Part shown: positions 26,547-36,361 of the stretch, one piece after another
How the letters are laid out: each line of letters begins with the position of its first letter
How positions within the stretch are numbered: the first letter of the stretch is position 1
DNA from: Methanoregula sp.
GTDB lineage: Archaea > Halobacteriota > Methanomicrobia > Methanomicrobiales > Methanospirillaceae
DNA: 41,153 nt
Direction of reading: 5' to 3'
Assembly (NCBI GenBank): GCA_039698055.1
Contig: JBDKTL010000029.1
Location: 1 to 41,153, forward strand
The notes under the pieces: generated by a model
What the model saw: only the letters and a program-made list of their open reading frames with translations
What the model was told of the DNA's origin: nothing
The model's database searches: none
Position numbers and translations under genes: made by a program

Positions 26547-28577
26547 TCACACCAGCGGTTTCATCGCAAGCGCCGGATGGTGGACTTTTTCCAAGAATGC
26601 CATCAGTTCCTCAATGGTGGTCGCGGTCGTTTCATCCGCGATCTTATCAAAGAGGTCCGGTAGTCCCGCATCAGTGAGTTTCTTTACCAGCCGGGTTTTG
26701 AGCTCTTCTTTTACCTGTGTGGGGAGCCAGACCAGTCGCTCCATACCGCCCTCTCCCTGCAAAAACTTATCTGACAGGATATAATTCTTGGAAATGCCGG
26801 CAAAGCCGGGTGTCTGTGCTCCGCCGCCAATGGTTCCGGCAAGCGTTGAGAATGTCATACCGGACGGCGTGACGCCTTTGAATTCCCGGTTCACCACCAT
26901 AATCCCGTTGACCTCGGGAAGCATGAGTGCAATCGCCTCAAAACACCCGCAGCAGGTCATCGGGTATTCCATCACGCTATAGAGTGAGCAGCGTTCGACT
27001 TCGCCATGGCTTGCCTTCTTGATAAACCGGTTTACACCTTCAAACTCCCCGTTCTGGGCATTGACCACCGATCCCTTCTCAACAGGCTGGTTTGCGCCGG
27101 AGGGGGACATTTCAAACGCAATTTTCCCGTCAAGCCAGCTGATAGCCCCGCAGAGTGCCGGGCGTTCCGGCGTGATAACACAGACATGGTTGGGGGCAAA
27201 CGTCTGGCAGAGCGTGCAGGAGTAATAGGTATTCACATCGCCGTCCCGCATACCCCGGATCCGTGCATCCCGCTCCTCGTATACCTGTTCTGCCTGCTTT
27301 TTTGCCGCCAGCACTTTTTCCTTGTCGGTAATCAGGGTCACCGACACGGCGTCAAGCAGGTTGGGGAAGTCCATGCGGAATTTGCTCGCCAAAAGTTTTC
27401 CGATATGCTCGATCTTTACGCCTTTTGCGACGGCCTCTTTTGATATCCGCACCCAGATGATATCCCGCTGGGCAACATGCCATGAACCTTCGCCATAATT
27501 GACAAAATTATGGATGCGCCGCTCAAGCACCGGCTCATAATCCTTCTTCATCGTTTTTCCGGCTACTTCGATGATGATCGCGAGGGGATTTGCCGAACCC
27601 TCCTGCATCGCATCGATTTCCGGGCCGATAACCGTGACTTTCCCGTCCTCGATCTCGCCAGCGTTCCGCATCCGCAGGAGCTCAAATGCCGGCGACCGGC
27701 CTCCGCCAAACTCCACAAACATCTCTTCTTTGCGGATACTCTTTCCTTCAAATGCAGGAGAGCAGGCCATGGGGATGGGAATCGCCGTAACGGTGACCCG
27801 GATCCCCTTGATGTCCATACCGGTGCGGACAATATCATCCGATGAGGACGCGATCCATTCCCCGCCCTGGTAATCGCCCAGTGTCAGGATAGGGAACCCA
27901 AGGACCCGCATCGCGTCCACAAATGCGATATCTTCATCAGACAGCCCCGGGAAAACAATCACCAGTGCTTTTGCCCGTTCGGCTGCATATGCAAGGAGCC
28001 GGTGGGTGTCCCCGGGAGTTACCCCGCCAAACATCATTGCCACACGCGCGATAATATCGACAAAATGCACGCCATACTGGGGAGTTGAGCCCAGAGGAAT
28101 AAGCCGGTATTCAAGTCCGAGCCGTATGCCTTCTTTGGAAAGGGATGGGATAACTCCCCCGGCAAGGAATGTGAGCATGTATTTTTCCTGGAGTTCCCGG
28201 CAGATCGCGGCGGCAGTCCCGGCACTTTTTGGGGTACCGACAACGAGTGCGAGGCCAAGGATACTGCCGTCCACAAGCGAGTATCCCAGTTTCCGGATCA
28301 CCGTATCGCCAATAAAGCCGGTGTACGGTGCAGGTTCTTTTCCCTGTACCGCTGTTTTTTCTGCAAGGATGCATTCGGATGCTATCAGCGGGTTATGATT
28401 CATCTTGTTATAGACGTCCTCTGCAGTTGACCGGTCATTGACGACAATGCCCGTCAGTGCGTAGGAAACGGCCAGGTGGTATGCGGTTTCATCATACCCA
28501 AATGAGGATGATATTGCGGCAATTTTGCTGTTCAGGGTTTTCTCTCCGGCAATTTTTGCCGATTCCACGTCGGTTAT
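26547..28577 (-). CDS. acsB: Acetyl-CoA synthase, bacterial AcsB-type
   Basis: AFEGKSIRK, EPVLERRIH, YSCTLCQTFAPNHVCVITPERPALCGA, MTCCGCFE (A-cluster) plus the long bacterial N-terminal domain. Start probably ATA 28577 or GTG 28568 after GGAGGGG. Confidence 0.93.
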   Translation of the reverse strand: MTDVESAKIAGEKTLNSKIAAISSSFGYDETAYHLAVSYALTGIVVNDRSTAEDVYNKMNHNPLIASECILAEKTAVQGKEPAPYTGFIGDTVIRKLGYSLVDGSILGLALVVGTPKSAGTAAAICRELQEKYMLTFLAGGVIPSLSKEGIRLGLEYRLIPLGSTPQYGVHFVDIIARVAMMFGGVTPGDTHRLLAYAAERAKALVIVFPGLSDEDIAFVDAMRVLGFPILTLGDYQGGEWIASSSDDIVRTGMDIKGIRVTVTAIPIPMACSPAFEGKSIRKEEMFVEFGGGRSPAFELLRMRNAGEIEDGKVTVIGPEIDAMQEGSANPLAIIIEVAGKTMKKDYEPVLERRIHNFVNYGEGSWHVAQRDIIWVRISKEAVAKGVKIEHIGKLLASKFRMDFPNLLDAVSVTLITDKEKVLAAKKQAEQVYEERDARIRGMRDGDVNTYYSCTLCQTFAPNHVCVITPERPALCGAISWLDGKIAFEMSPSGANQPVEKGSVVNAQNGEFEGVNRFIKKASHGEVERCSLYSVMEYPMTCCGCFEAIALMLPEVNGIMVVNREFKGVTPSGMTFSTLAGTIGGGAQTPGFAGISKNYILSDKFLQGEGGMERLVWLPTQVKEELKTRLVKKLTDAGLPDLFDKIADETTATTIEELMAFLEKVHHPALAMKPLV

Positions 28578-28749
28578 ATAAATCCCCTCCAGTTTACCAT
28601 TGTTTCGTAAAAATACATATAGTTTCGTTAAAGAACAACGCAATCGCTCTCCTGATCGTTGGTGCTGTTCCCGGTCACGGCGCGGCTGGAATTATGAGAG
28701 AAAATATTTAATCCCTTTAAAAGACATTTTCTTTAATGCGAGGAGCCCC

Positions 28750-29859
28750 ATGCAAACTTTTTGTTCCCGGACTAATTTTACGTTTTGTATCCTGATAATC
28801 TGCTTATTATGTTTTTTTTTGCCTGTTTCAGCTGCAAATGGGACGATGTCAATTTATTACCGGGGTTCCGGTGGCAGTTATATCGGTGACACGGTCGTGT
28901 TCGACGGCATCAATACCCTTGGCAATACGACGATTATCAAAATCAATGGGCCGGGACTTCCTGCCGAAGGCGTTCCCCCGTACGATATCACCGGCACACC
29001 CGGTTCCGGCAACACGATTGCTTCCGGTATTGGCGGTGCGTGGGGATTCTCGTGGGATACGTTCCGCGTTGTCGGGGGAGACCAGCTCCAGACTGCCCGG
29101 TATACCTTCACGGTCATGGACGAACAGCATCCCGACAAAACAGCAACCACATCGGTCATGCTGAAAAGACCGGAATTTTATGTTGTCATTTCCCCTGACC
29201 CATCGGTAACAGGTGAATATATTACCCTGACCGGCGAGGTGGAAAGAGGAGCGAATTATGTTCGCATCGATGTGACAAACGCGGATGGAAAGTCGCTCCA
29301 CACATTTATGGCCCCGGTGAGTGGGGACGGGTATTTCCAGTACGGTTTTCATAATAATATGGAGCCCGGGCACTACAACCTCCAGATCAGTAATCCCCTC
29401 CTCAAAACAAAGATAGTCAGGGTGCTGACAGTCGCCGCACCGGCAACCCCGGCACCGGTTACCCCCGTGCCCTCATTACCTGGAACACTTACCCCCACCA
29501 CAGAACCGATCACGTCATCACCATCGCAACCTGCCCAGCTGCCGGTTGTGGATGGAGGCTCCATCTCCGTCACCTCGACTCCTGCCGGGGCCGACCTGTA
29601 CCTGGATTTAGCAGCCCGGGGCAAAACACCGATGACCCTTGACAATATTACGCCCGGGAGTCATACCGTCCAGATCAAGGCCCCCGGATATCTGGTTTAT
29701 TCTGTCGATGTCACGGTAAAACCCGGTGAAACAACATCGGTATCGCCGGAATTGATCCAGGGTGCCTCCGGTATGCCCCTCTCCCCGGTTATTGCAATTT
29801 TTGGTATTATCGGGGCGCTTGCGGTGTTCTGGTCGTCACGAAAGAAACCCGGGCACTAA
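28750..29859 (+). CDS. Secreted PEGA-domain surface protein with C-terminal membrane anchor
   Basis: Signal peptide (LPVSA), Pro/Thr linker, SISVTSTPAGADLYLD...GKTP PEGA repeat, PLSP + TM + RKK tail. Confidence 0.85.
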   Translation: MQTFCSRTNFTFCILIICLLCFFLPVSAANGTMSIYYRGSGGSYIGDTVVFDGINTLGNTTIIKINGPGLPAEGVPPYDITGTPGSGNTIASGIGGAWGFSWDTFRVVGGDQLQTARYTFTVMDEQHPDKTATTSVMLKRPEFYVVISPDPSVTGEYITLTGEVERGANYVRIDVTNADGKSLHTFMAPVSGDGYFQYGFHNNMEPGHYNLQISNPLLKTKIVRVLTVAAPATPAPVTPVPSLPGTLTPTTEPITSSPSQPAQLPVVDGGSISVTSTPAGADLYLDLAARGKTPMTLDNITPGSHTVQIKAPGYLVYSVDVTVKPGETTSVSPELIQGASGMPLSPVIAIFGIIGALAVFWSSRKKPGH

Positions 29860-30113
29860 TCTTTTTTTATTTTTGGGAATTGCTTGTGGCCCGGTTTATA
29901 CCGGTACAACCTTGCAGCACTCTTGTTGTTTAATAGTTCACCGGAGTAAACATGCGCCAGCCAATCACCGGAGGGGTACTGTTAAAAAAGTTCCAGCGGA
30001 GATCATCGCTCATTCTCCAAAAAAAGCGGCGCAAATACCGGTTACCAAGGCCGTATACCGCAATATATATTGAAAATTACACCCAACACCTAACCCACAA
30101 TCGGGGCATATTC

Positions 30114-31622
30114 GTGAAAAAAATTGTTTTTATCGCACATATGCCGGATGAATCCGGATCCCTTGAAAAAGCGGCGTCAGTTATCAAGAAATATGACGGG
30201 AATATCAACCGCATCCAGTACGACCGGCGGATCGATCCGGGCACGGTATTTTTTGAAGTAACCGCGTCGGAAGCCTCGTATGAACAGATCGCGCGCGATC
30301 TTGCGGCCATCGGGTATCTCCAGACTTCGTTAAAACCGATCAGTTTCTTAAAATTTTATGTGTACCTCCCGCACCAGTCCGGGTCGCTCTGCGAGTTTTT
30401 GGATTATACAACAACTGCCGGTGCAAATATTGCGTTCATTGATTTTGACGAGGCAGGAAGGCACCCGGACCGGTTGACCGTCAGCCTGAACCTTGAGGAA
30501 AGTGCAAAGATCGATTCCCTGCTCGACCAGCTAAAGATCCGGTACCGGCTTGAAATCATCGAATACGATACGACCGGCAAACACCTTGACGACAATGTTT
30601 TTTATGTACGGTATGCGCAGGAGATACGGGACATTATCGGCGAATCAGAAGACACGTTCCTGCTCTCATTTCTTGCCGACACCAACCACATTGTCCAGGA
30701 ACTCATGGACCGGGGAAATAATCCCCGCCAGGTGTTTGACAGTGTGCTTGCAACCGGCAGGACTCTTCGGGCAACAACCGGCGAACATTTCTACGCGGAC
30801 GTGCAGAAATTTTCCCTTACGCCCACCGTCAGTCTCTGGTGTATCCAGCTGCCATGCGGCGGCAACATCTTTGTTCTGGCAACACCCGATGATGCTATCC
30901 TTATCGATACCGGCTATGGCATCTATCACAAGGATGTCATGGCACTGTTTTCAAAGGTCTGTCCCGGTAACGGGCAGCGGTTCTCCCGGATCATTGTCAC
31001 GCACGCTGACGCCGATCATTGCGGTGCCGGGGGATTTTTCCCGGTTCCAACGCATATGCATGCCGGCACGCTGGCCATCATCAAAGAGAACAACCGGGCC
31101 TATGGATCCCGGAACGAACATTCCGTGCTGGAAGCGTTCTACACAAAAATGATCAACCTGTTCTCGCAGTTCAATCCCTCAAAGACAATAGAATGCTTTG
31201 AGTATGTCCCAAAACGTTCATGCGGCATCTTTCCCTGCATGGGAACGGTTCGGATTGGCGATCTCGAACTAGAGGTGCTGGACGGACTCGGCGGGCACAC
31301 CTACGGGCAGATCTTCCTGTATTCTGCATCTCACGGGGTTCTGTTTGCTGCGGACACCGTGATCAATTTTTCCAGCCTGACACCGGAACGGGCGACGTAC
31401 AGTTCGCTTGCGGATTTCCTTGTCACCAGCGTGAACGTTGACAGCGATCTGGCAAAAAAGGAGCGGCATGCACTCTTCGATCTTGTCACCAAACGGGATG
31501 CACAGGTACCCGCTGGCGGCAGGAAGTGCCTGATCTGCGGGGGGCATGGTGCGGTCTCGGTCCTGCAGGGAAACAAACTTGAAGTCGTGGGAGATATCCG
31601 GCATTACCCGGCAAAAAAATAA
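30114..31622 (+). CDS. ACT-ACT-MBL fold metallo-hydrolase
   Basis: Two ACT-like repeats (MPDESGSL...GNI; LPHQSGSL...ANI), then LIDTG, THADADH, GGHT, GGHG. Confidence 0.82.
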   Translation: MKKIVFIAHMPDESGSLEKAASVIKKYDGNINRIQYDRRIDPGTVFFEVTASEASYEQIARDLAAIGYLQTSLKPISFLKFYVYLPHQSGSLCEFLDYTTTAGANIAFIDFDEAGRHPDRLTVSLNLEESAKIDSLLDQLKIRYRLEIIEYDTTGKHLDDNVFYVRYAQEIRDIIGESEDTFLLSFLADTNHIVQELMDRGNNPRQVFDSVLATGRTLRATTGEHFYADVQKFSLTPTVSLWCIQLPCGGNIFVLATPDDAILIDTGYGIYHKDVMALFSKVCPGNGQRFSRIIVTHADADHCGAGGFFPVPTHMHAGTLAIIKENNRAYGSRNEHSVLEAFYTKMINLFSQFNPSKTIECFEYVPKRSCGIFPCMGTVRIGDLELEVLDGLGGHTYGQIFLYSASHGVLFAADTVINFSSLTPERATYSSLADFLVTSVNVDSDLAKKERHALFDLVTKRDAQVPAGGRKCLICGGHGAVSVLQGNKLEVVGDIRHYPAKK

Positions 31623-31697
31623 TACTGCAACCTTTTTTATTCCTCTGCCTTGACGAAATTCTCATCTACTTTGGAATTGCAACATAGTGCGAGAAGG

Positions 31698-32297
31698 ATG
31701 GAAAATCACAGGGTACAGGAAATGATGCAGTTGATGGCGTCAAAAATACGCCAGATTGCAAATTCGATGCCGGATACGGATATTGAAAAATTTATCACCG
31801 AACTCCTGAACGCACAGCGTATCTATGTCATGGGTGCCGGACGGTCAGGGCTTGTGGCAAAGGCATTTGCCATGCGGCTGATGCACCTTGGACTCCAGGC
31901 ATATGTTGTGGGCGAGACCATCACACCCGCATTGAGCCCCGGCGATGTGATAGTGGTCTTTTCCGGGTCGGGAAAAACAAAAACCGTTGCCGATATTGCA
32001 GAAACCGGTAAAGACCTTGGGGCTCACATCTGCCTCATCACCGCAAATGCCGATTCACGGATTGGAAAAATTGCAAACAGCATCGTCATCATCGAACACC
32101 AGCGCGACGATGTGGAAGACGATGCTGCCGAATTTGAAATTCGCCAGATGATGGGGGAACACAAATCGTTTGCGCCTCTTGGGACGCTCTTTGAAACGGC
32201 GTCGATGGTCTTTGGCGACGCGGTCATATCGCGCCTGATGGAGATCACCAAGACCGATGAATCTGCCTTAAAAAACCGTCATGCAAATATCGAATGA
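31698..32297 (+). CDS. hxlB: 6-phospho-3-hexuloisomerase
   Basis: GAGRSGLVAKAFAMRLMHLG, SGSGKT, FAPLGTLFE, RHANIE. Confidence 0.95.
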   Translation: MENHRVQEMMQLMASKIRQIANSMPDTDIEKFITELLNAQRIYVMGAGRSGLVAKAFAMRLMHLGLQAYVVGETITPALSPGDVIVVFSGSGKTKTVADIAETGKDLGAHICLITANADSRIGKIANSIVIIEHQRDDVEDDAAEFEIRQMMGEHKSFAPLGTLFETASMVFGDAVISRLMEITKTDESALKNRHANIE

Positions 32298-32317
32298 GTA
32301 TGGGGGGGACAAACAAA

Positions 32318-33436
32318 ATGAATACCCACTTCGCATCCCGTGTTGCCGGTATCGAGATTTCCGGAATACGCAGGATTTTTGAAGCGGCCGGGCCGGGGTC
32401 CATCAACCTTGGCCTTGGCCAGCCGGACTTTGATACGCCGGAGCATATCAAGGAAGCGGCAATTGCTGCTATCCGTGAAGGAAAAACCGGGTATACCACC
32501 AATAACGGTATTCCCGAACTCCGCACCGCAATCTGCACAAAATTCAAACGGGAAAACAGCCTGTCGTACGAGCCGGATCAGGTGATTGTGACTGCCGGTG
32601 CAAGCGAAGCGCTGCATATCGTCATGCAGGCGCTGGTGGATACCGGTGACCGGGTGCTCTGCCAGGACCCCGGCTTTGTATCCTATGCAGCGCTTGCCAC
32701 GCTTGCCGGGGGGTCACCGGTCAGCGTTCCTCTCGATGCAGAGTTCCATATCGATGTGGAAAAAGCAAAGGAACTCATGGATGGTGCCCGGTTGTTTGTC
32801 CTGAATTCCCCGGCAAATCCTACGGGTGCAGTTGAGAGCAGGGAATCAATAAAATCTCTTGTGGAATATGCTGCTGATGCCGGTGTCACCATTGTCAGCG
32901 ACGAAGTGTACGAACATTTCATTTACGGGAAAAAACACTGGAGTGCGGGACAGTTTGGCGATAATGTCGTCACCATCAACGCAACGAGCAAAACCTATGC
33001 AATGACCGGCTGGCGGCTCGGGTACCTTGCGGCGCCGGCGGACATTGTCGGGCAGTGCATCAAGGTGCACCAGTACTGCCAGGCATGCGCCACTTCGATA
33101 TCGCAGTATGCGGCGCTTGCGGCATATACGGGCGACCAGCACCGGGTAGCAGAGATGCGCGACGAGTACCGTGCACGCCGCGACCTGATGTACAAAGGTT
33201 TATCGGAGGCCGGGTTTGTGTTCCCGGTTCCCGAAGGGGCCTTCTATGCATTTGTCCCGATGAAGCCGGGCCTCGCACAGAAGATTATTGAAAACGGCGT
33301 CATCCTGACACCCGGCTCTGCATTTGGAACCAATGCCCCGGACTATGCCCGCCTGAGTTATGCGGCATCCCGCGAGAACCTCAAGCGAGCTCTTGATAGG
33401 ATTCAAAAGATAACCGGTGAATATCATGGTCAATGA
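32318..33436 (+). CDS. PLP-dependent aminotransferase class I/II (aspartate aminotransferase-like)
   Basis: LGLGQPDF, NSPANPTG, DEVY, SKTYAMTGWRLG. Confidence 0.93.
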   Translation: MNTHFASRVAGIEISGIRRIFEAAGPGSINLGLGQPDFDTPEHIKEAAIAAIREGKTGYTTNNGIPELRTAICTKFKRENSLSYEPDQVIVTAGASEALHIVMQALVDTGDRVLCQDPGFVSYAALATLAGGSPVSVPLDAEFHIDVEKAKELMDGARLFVLNSPANPTGAVESRESIKSLVEYAADAGVTIVSDEVYEHFIYGKKHWSAGQFGDNVVTINATSKTYAMTGWRLGYLAAPADIVGQCIKVHQYCQACATSISQYAALAAYTGDQHRVAEMRDEYRARRDLMYKGLSEAGFVFPVPEGAFYAFVPMKPGLAQKIIENGVILTPGSAFGTNAPDYARLSYAASRENLKRALDRIQKITGEYHGQ

Positions 33437-34463
33437 ACTTTTAAAGAAATTATCCAACGCCCACGGTGTTTCGGGCAGCGAAGGGAGCGTTTTATCGCTC
33501 ATTAAAAAGGAACTGAAAGGATCGGTCGATGAAATCCGTGAAGACGGGATGGGAAACCTGATCGCCGTCAAGCGCGGCAACAAGTTCAAGGTCATGCTCG
33601 CGGCTCACATGGATGAGATCGGGCTCATGGTCAAATATATCGATGAAAAGGGGTTTCTCAGGTTTGTGGCGCTGGGCGGCTGGTATGGTCCGACACTCTA
33701 TAACCAGCGGGTCGTTCTTCATGGCAGCAAGGGTCCCTGCATGGGCGTCATCGGCGGCAAACCCCCGCACATGATGGACGAAGAAGAACGCAAGAAGGGG
33801 GTCAAGGTCGACGAAATGTTTATCGATGTCGGTGCCCAGAACAAGGGCGATGTGGAAGAACTCGGCATCGATATCGGGACACCGGTGACCATTGACCGGG
33901 AATTTGCGACGCTCGCCAACAACCGTGTGACCGGCAAGGCATTTGACAACCGGGCCGGTGTCGCGATGCTGATCAAGACCCTCAAGGCAGTCGAAACACC
34001 GTTCACGATCTACGGCGTATTTACCGTACAGGAAGAAGTCGGCTTAAAAGGCGCCCGCACAAGTGCGTATGCGCTTGACCCTGACTGCGCAATTGCAACT
34101 GATGTCACAATCCCCGGCGATCACCCGGGTATCGAGATGAAAGATGCCGCCGTTGAGATGGGAAAAGGCCCGGTCATCACCATTGTCGATGCGAGCGGAC
34201 GCGGGCTTATCGCAAACCGCGCCGTCGTAAAATGGCTGGGAAAAGCGGCTGAAGAGCATTCCATTCCCGTGCAGGTCGAAGTGGGAAGCGGCGGCACAAC
34301 GGATGCGACTGCCATCCACCTGACAAAAGCCGGTATCCCCAGCACAACCCTGAGCATTCCCACACGGTACATCCATTCGCCGGTGGAAGTGCTGGATGTC
34401 CGGGACATCGAAGCCGGTGTGAATCTCCTTGTTGCCGCGTTGAAAACAAAACCGGCACTCTGA
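33426..34463 (+). CDS. M42 family (TET) aminopeptidase
   Basis: AAHMDEIG, KAFDNR, QEEVGLKGA, GGTTDA, RYIHSPVE. Confidence 0.95.
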   Translation: MVNELLKKLSNAHGVSGSEGSVLSLIKKELKGSVDEIREDGMGNLIAVKRGNKFKVMLAAHMDEIGLMVKYIDEKGFLRFVALGGWYGPTLYNQRVVLHGSKGPCMGVIGGKPPHMMDEEERKKGVKVDEMFIDVGAQNKGDVEELGIDIGTPVTIDREFATLANNRVTGKAFDNRAGVAMLIKTLKAVETPFTIYGVFTVQEEVGLKGARTSAYALDPDCAIATDVTIPGDHPGIEMKDAAVEMGKGPVITIVDASGRGLIANRAVVKWLGKAAEEHSIPVQVEVGSGGTTDATAIHLTKAGIPSTTLSIPTRYIHSPVEVLDVRDIEAGVNLLVAALKTKPAL

Positions 34464-34814
34464 TATATTTTTTTTAGCTATCGGTTAAACTCATCATCAA
34501 ATTCATAATTCATTTTATTGACAGAAACTAACGGTTTCCATATTATCAGTAACGATGAACTCCGCCGCCCCCGCGGCAGTTTTTAAAATGAGAGTATGTC
34601 GTATACAATGAACATCATTTATTCATATTAAGAATGAAGACCCACCTTACCCGGCGAGGTGTCGGCGAGACCCCACAAGCGACCCCGCCGGGGGGAAGAA
34701 TCTTAAATTAATTAATCAGCTTTCTACTTTTGACAATCACAAAATACAGCCATATATGTTGCCCGGCATATATCCATAAATCTGTATACACCCCATCACC
34801 GGGCAGGGAACGGG

Positions 34815-35435
34815 ATACCTACGGGAACACACAATGGGCCGGGCTGGTCTATCAGGACATCCACAGATGGGATACAATTCCTCGATGCCCCGTCATCGTT
34901 TCGCCAGATCACCGAAATTCCCGAGTACCGGTTTGAGGATATCCGTCCGGATGACCGGGTCATCGACATCGGTGCAAACGTGGGGGCTTTCTGCATCCGC
35001 GCCGCACGGTATTCCCCGCACGTCATCGCCATTGAACCGGTAACTTCCGGACTCCTTGCGGAAAATATCCGGCTCAATGATGTGCCAGTGAGAGTAATTG
35101 AGGGTGCTCTTGGAACCGGCAGCCCGACAGAAATCTGCTGGGATGACTGCCGCAGGATGGTGCCGTCGTATACCCTTTCCCGGATTATTGCTCTTTGCGG
35201 GGGCTGCGATTTTTTGAAATGCGACTGCGAGGGTGCCGAGTGGCTGATCAACCCGGAAGATCTCAACGGGATCCGCCGGATTGAGATGGAACTCCACCTG
35301 CCACCCATTAGCGGTCTGCCAAACAGGGCACTTCTCGATTATATCAGTGGTCACTATAATTTTGAGATTGAACACCGGCCCTGCCACGGGCCGTCAGGGC
35401 TTATGGGATACCTGCACGCAGTAAAAAAGGTATGA
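34815..35435 (+). CDS. FkbM-like SAM-dependent methyltransferase (start uncertain, probably ATA 34815)
   Basis: VIDIGANVG motif I begins upstream of the first canonical start (GTG 34980); AIEP, LKCDCEGAE; frame open from 34734. Confidence 0.78.
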   Translation: MPTGTHNGPGWSIRTSTDGIQFLDAPSSFRQITEIPEYRFEDIRPDDRVIDIGANVGAFCIRAARYSPHVIAIEPVTSGLLAENIRLNDVPVRVIEGALGTGSPTEICWDDCRRMVPSYTLSRIIALCGGCDFLKCDCEGAEWLINPEDLNGIRRIEMELHLPPISGLPNRALLDYISGHYNFEIEHRPCHGPSGLMGYLHAVKKV

Positions 35436-35461
35436 TGCCGGCAGGGAACCGGCTGGTTTTT

Positions 35462-36361
35462 TTATGGATTTTGGGCCGGCACATGCCCGGGCGGCCCGGC
35501 AATGAGATCCGCGAGGGAATGAACTGCCGATAAAAAGGGAGAATCCTCTGAGAGGATCGGCAGGATCGAGGGCTCAATGGATGCGATGCCGGGTTCACGC
35601 GGCAGCATGATGGTCCGGCCAAATACCTCGTCATCTTCCGCAGCGTCCCGCACATGCTCCGGTACCTGGTCTCCGCTGATCCGGTTCACGCCGAGAATAA
35701 TATCGCCAATACCCAGCTGCCGTGCAAGCACGCCGCATTCCCGGGCAACCGTAAGGGCATTATATGAGGTATCTGACACCACAACGGCATGCGTGAAACC
35801 ATCGGCAACACCCCGCCCGAGATGCTCCATGCCGGCCGGGGTATCAAGGAGTATGACCTCGTCAGGAAGGAGCGGCAAATGCCGGAGGATAGCAGCAAGC
35901 AGCGTATATTCCGGGCAGAGGCATCCTGCACCCGCCCGCTGCACGCCGCCCATGACCAGAAGCCGTATCCGGGGCGTGACACTGACCGAGAACCGATCGA
36001 TCACATCGCTCACATCCGGGTTCAGGGTGAGCAGTCCCCCGGGCGATATGCCCGGGCCGGCACCGGTCTTTTCCCGGAGGTATGCCGCACTCCCTGAGAC
36101 CAGCGGGACCCGGGCCGCGTCGGGCGCCGGCATTCCGAGCGTCACGGCAAGGTTCTGCTGGGGGTCTGCGTCGACAGCAAGGACATGGTATCCCCGTGCG
36201 GCAAAGATATGGGACAGGAGTGCACACAGCGTCGTTTTCCCGACCCCGCCTTTACCGGTAAGAACGACACGGATTCCGTCACCGGTGCGGGGATATAAGG
36301 CCGGGCCTGCGGTAACAGGCTGCGGATACCGGGGTACCCCCGCACTGGTTACCGGGCTCAT
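35462..36361 (-). CDS. cooC: CooC Ni-insertion ATPase (cooS-linked)
   Basis: TGKGGVGKTT, DADPQQNL, GAGCLCPE, DTPAGMEH; overlaps the cooS stop. Confidence 0.9.
   Translation of the reverse strand: MSPVTSAGVPRYPQPVTAGPALYPRTGDGIRVVLTGKGGVGKTTLCALLSHIFAARGYHVLAVDADPQQNLAVTLGMPAPDAARVPLVSGSAAYLREKTGAGPGISPGGLLTLNPDVSDVIDRFSVSVTPRIRLLVMGGVQRAGAGCLCPEYTLLAAILRHLPLLPDEVILLDTPAGMEHLGRGVADGFTHAVVVSDTSYNALTVARECGVLARQLGIGDIILGVNRISGDQVPEHVRDAAEDDEVFGRTIMLPREPGIASIEPSILPILSEDSPFLSAVHSLADLIAGPPGHVPAQNP

Noticed and set aside
34545-34585. Fluoride riboswitch-like start (ACGATGAACTCCGCC)
   Set aside because: The downstream conserved elements and pseudoknot are not found, and no crcB-type gene follows.
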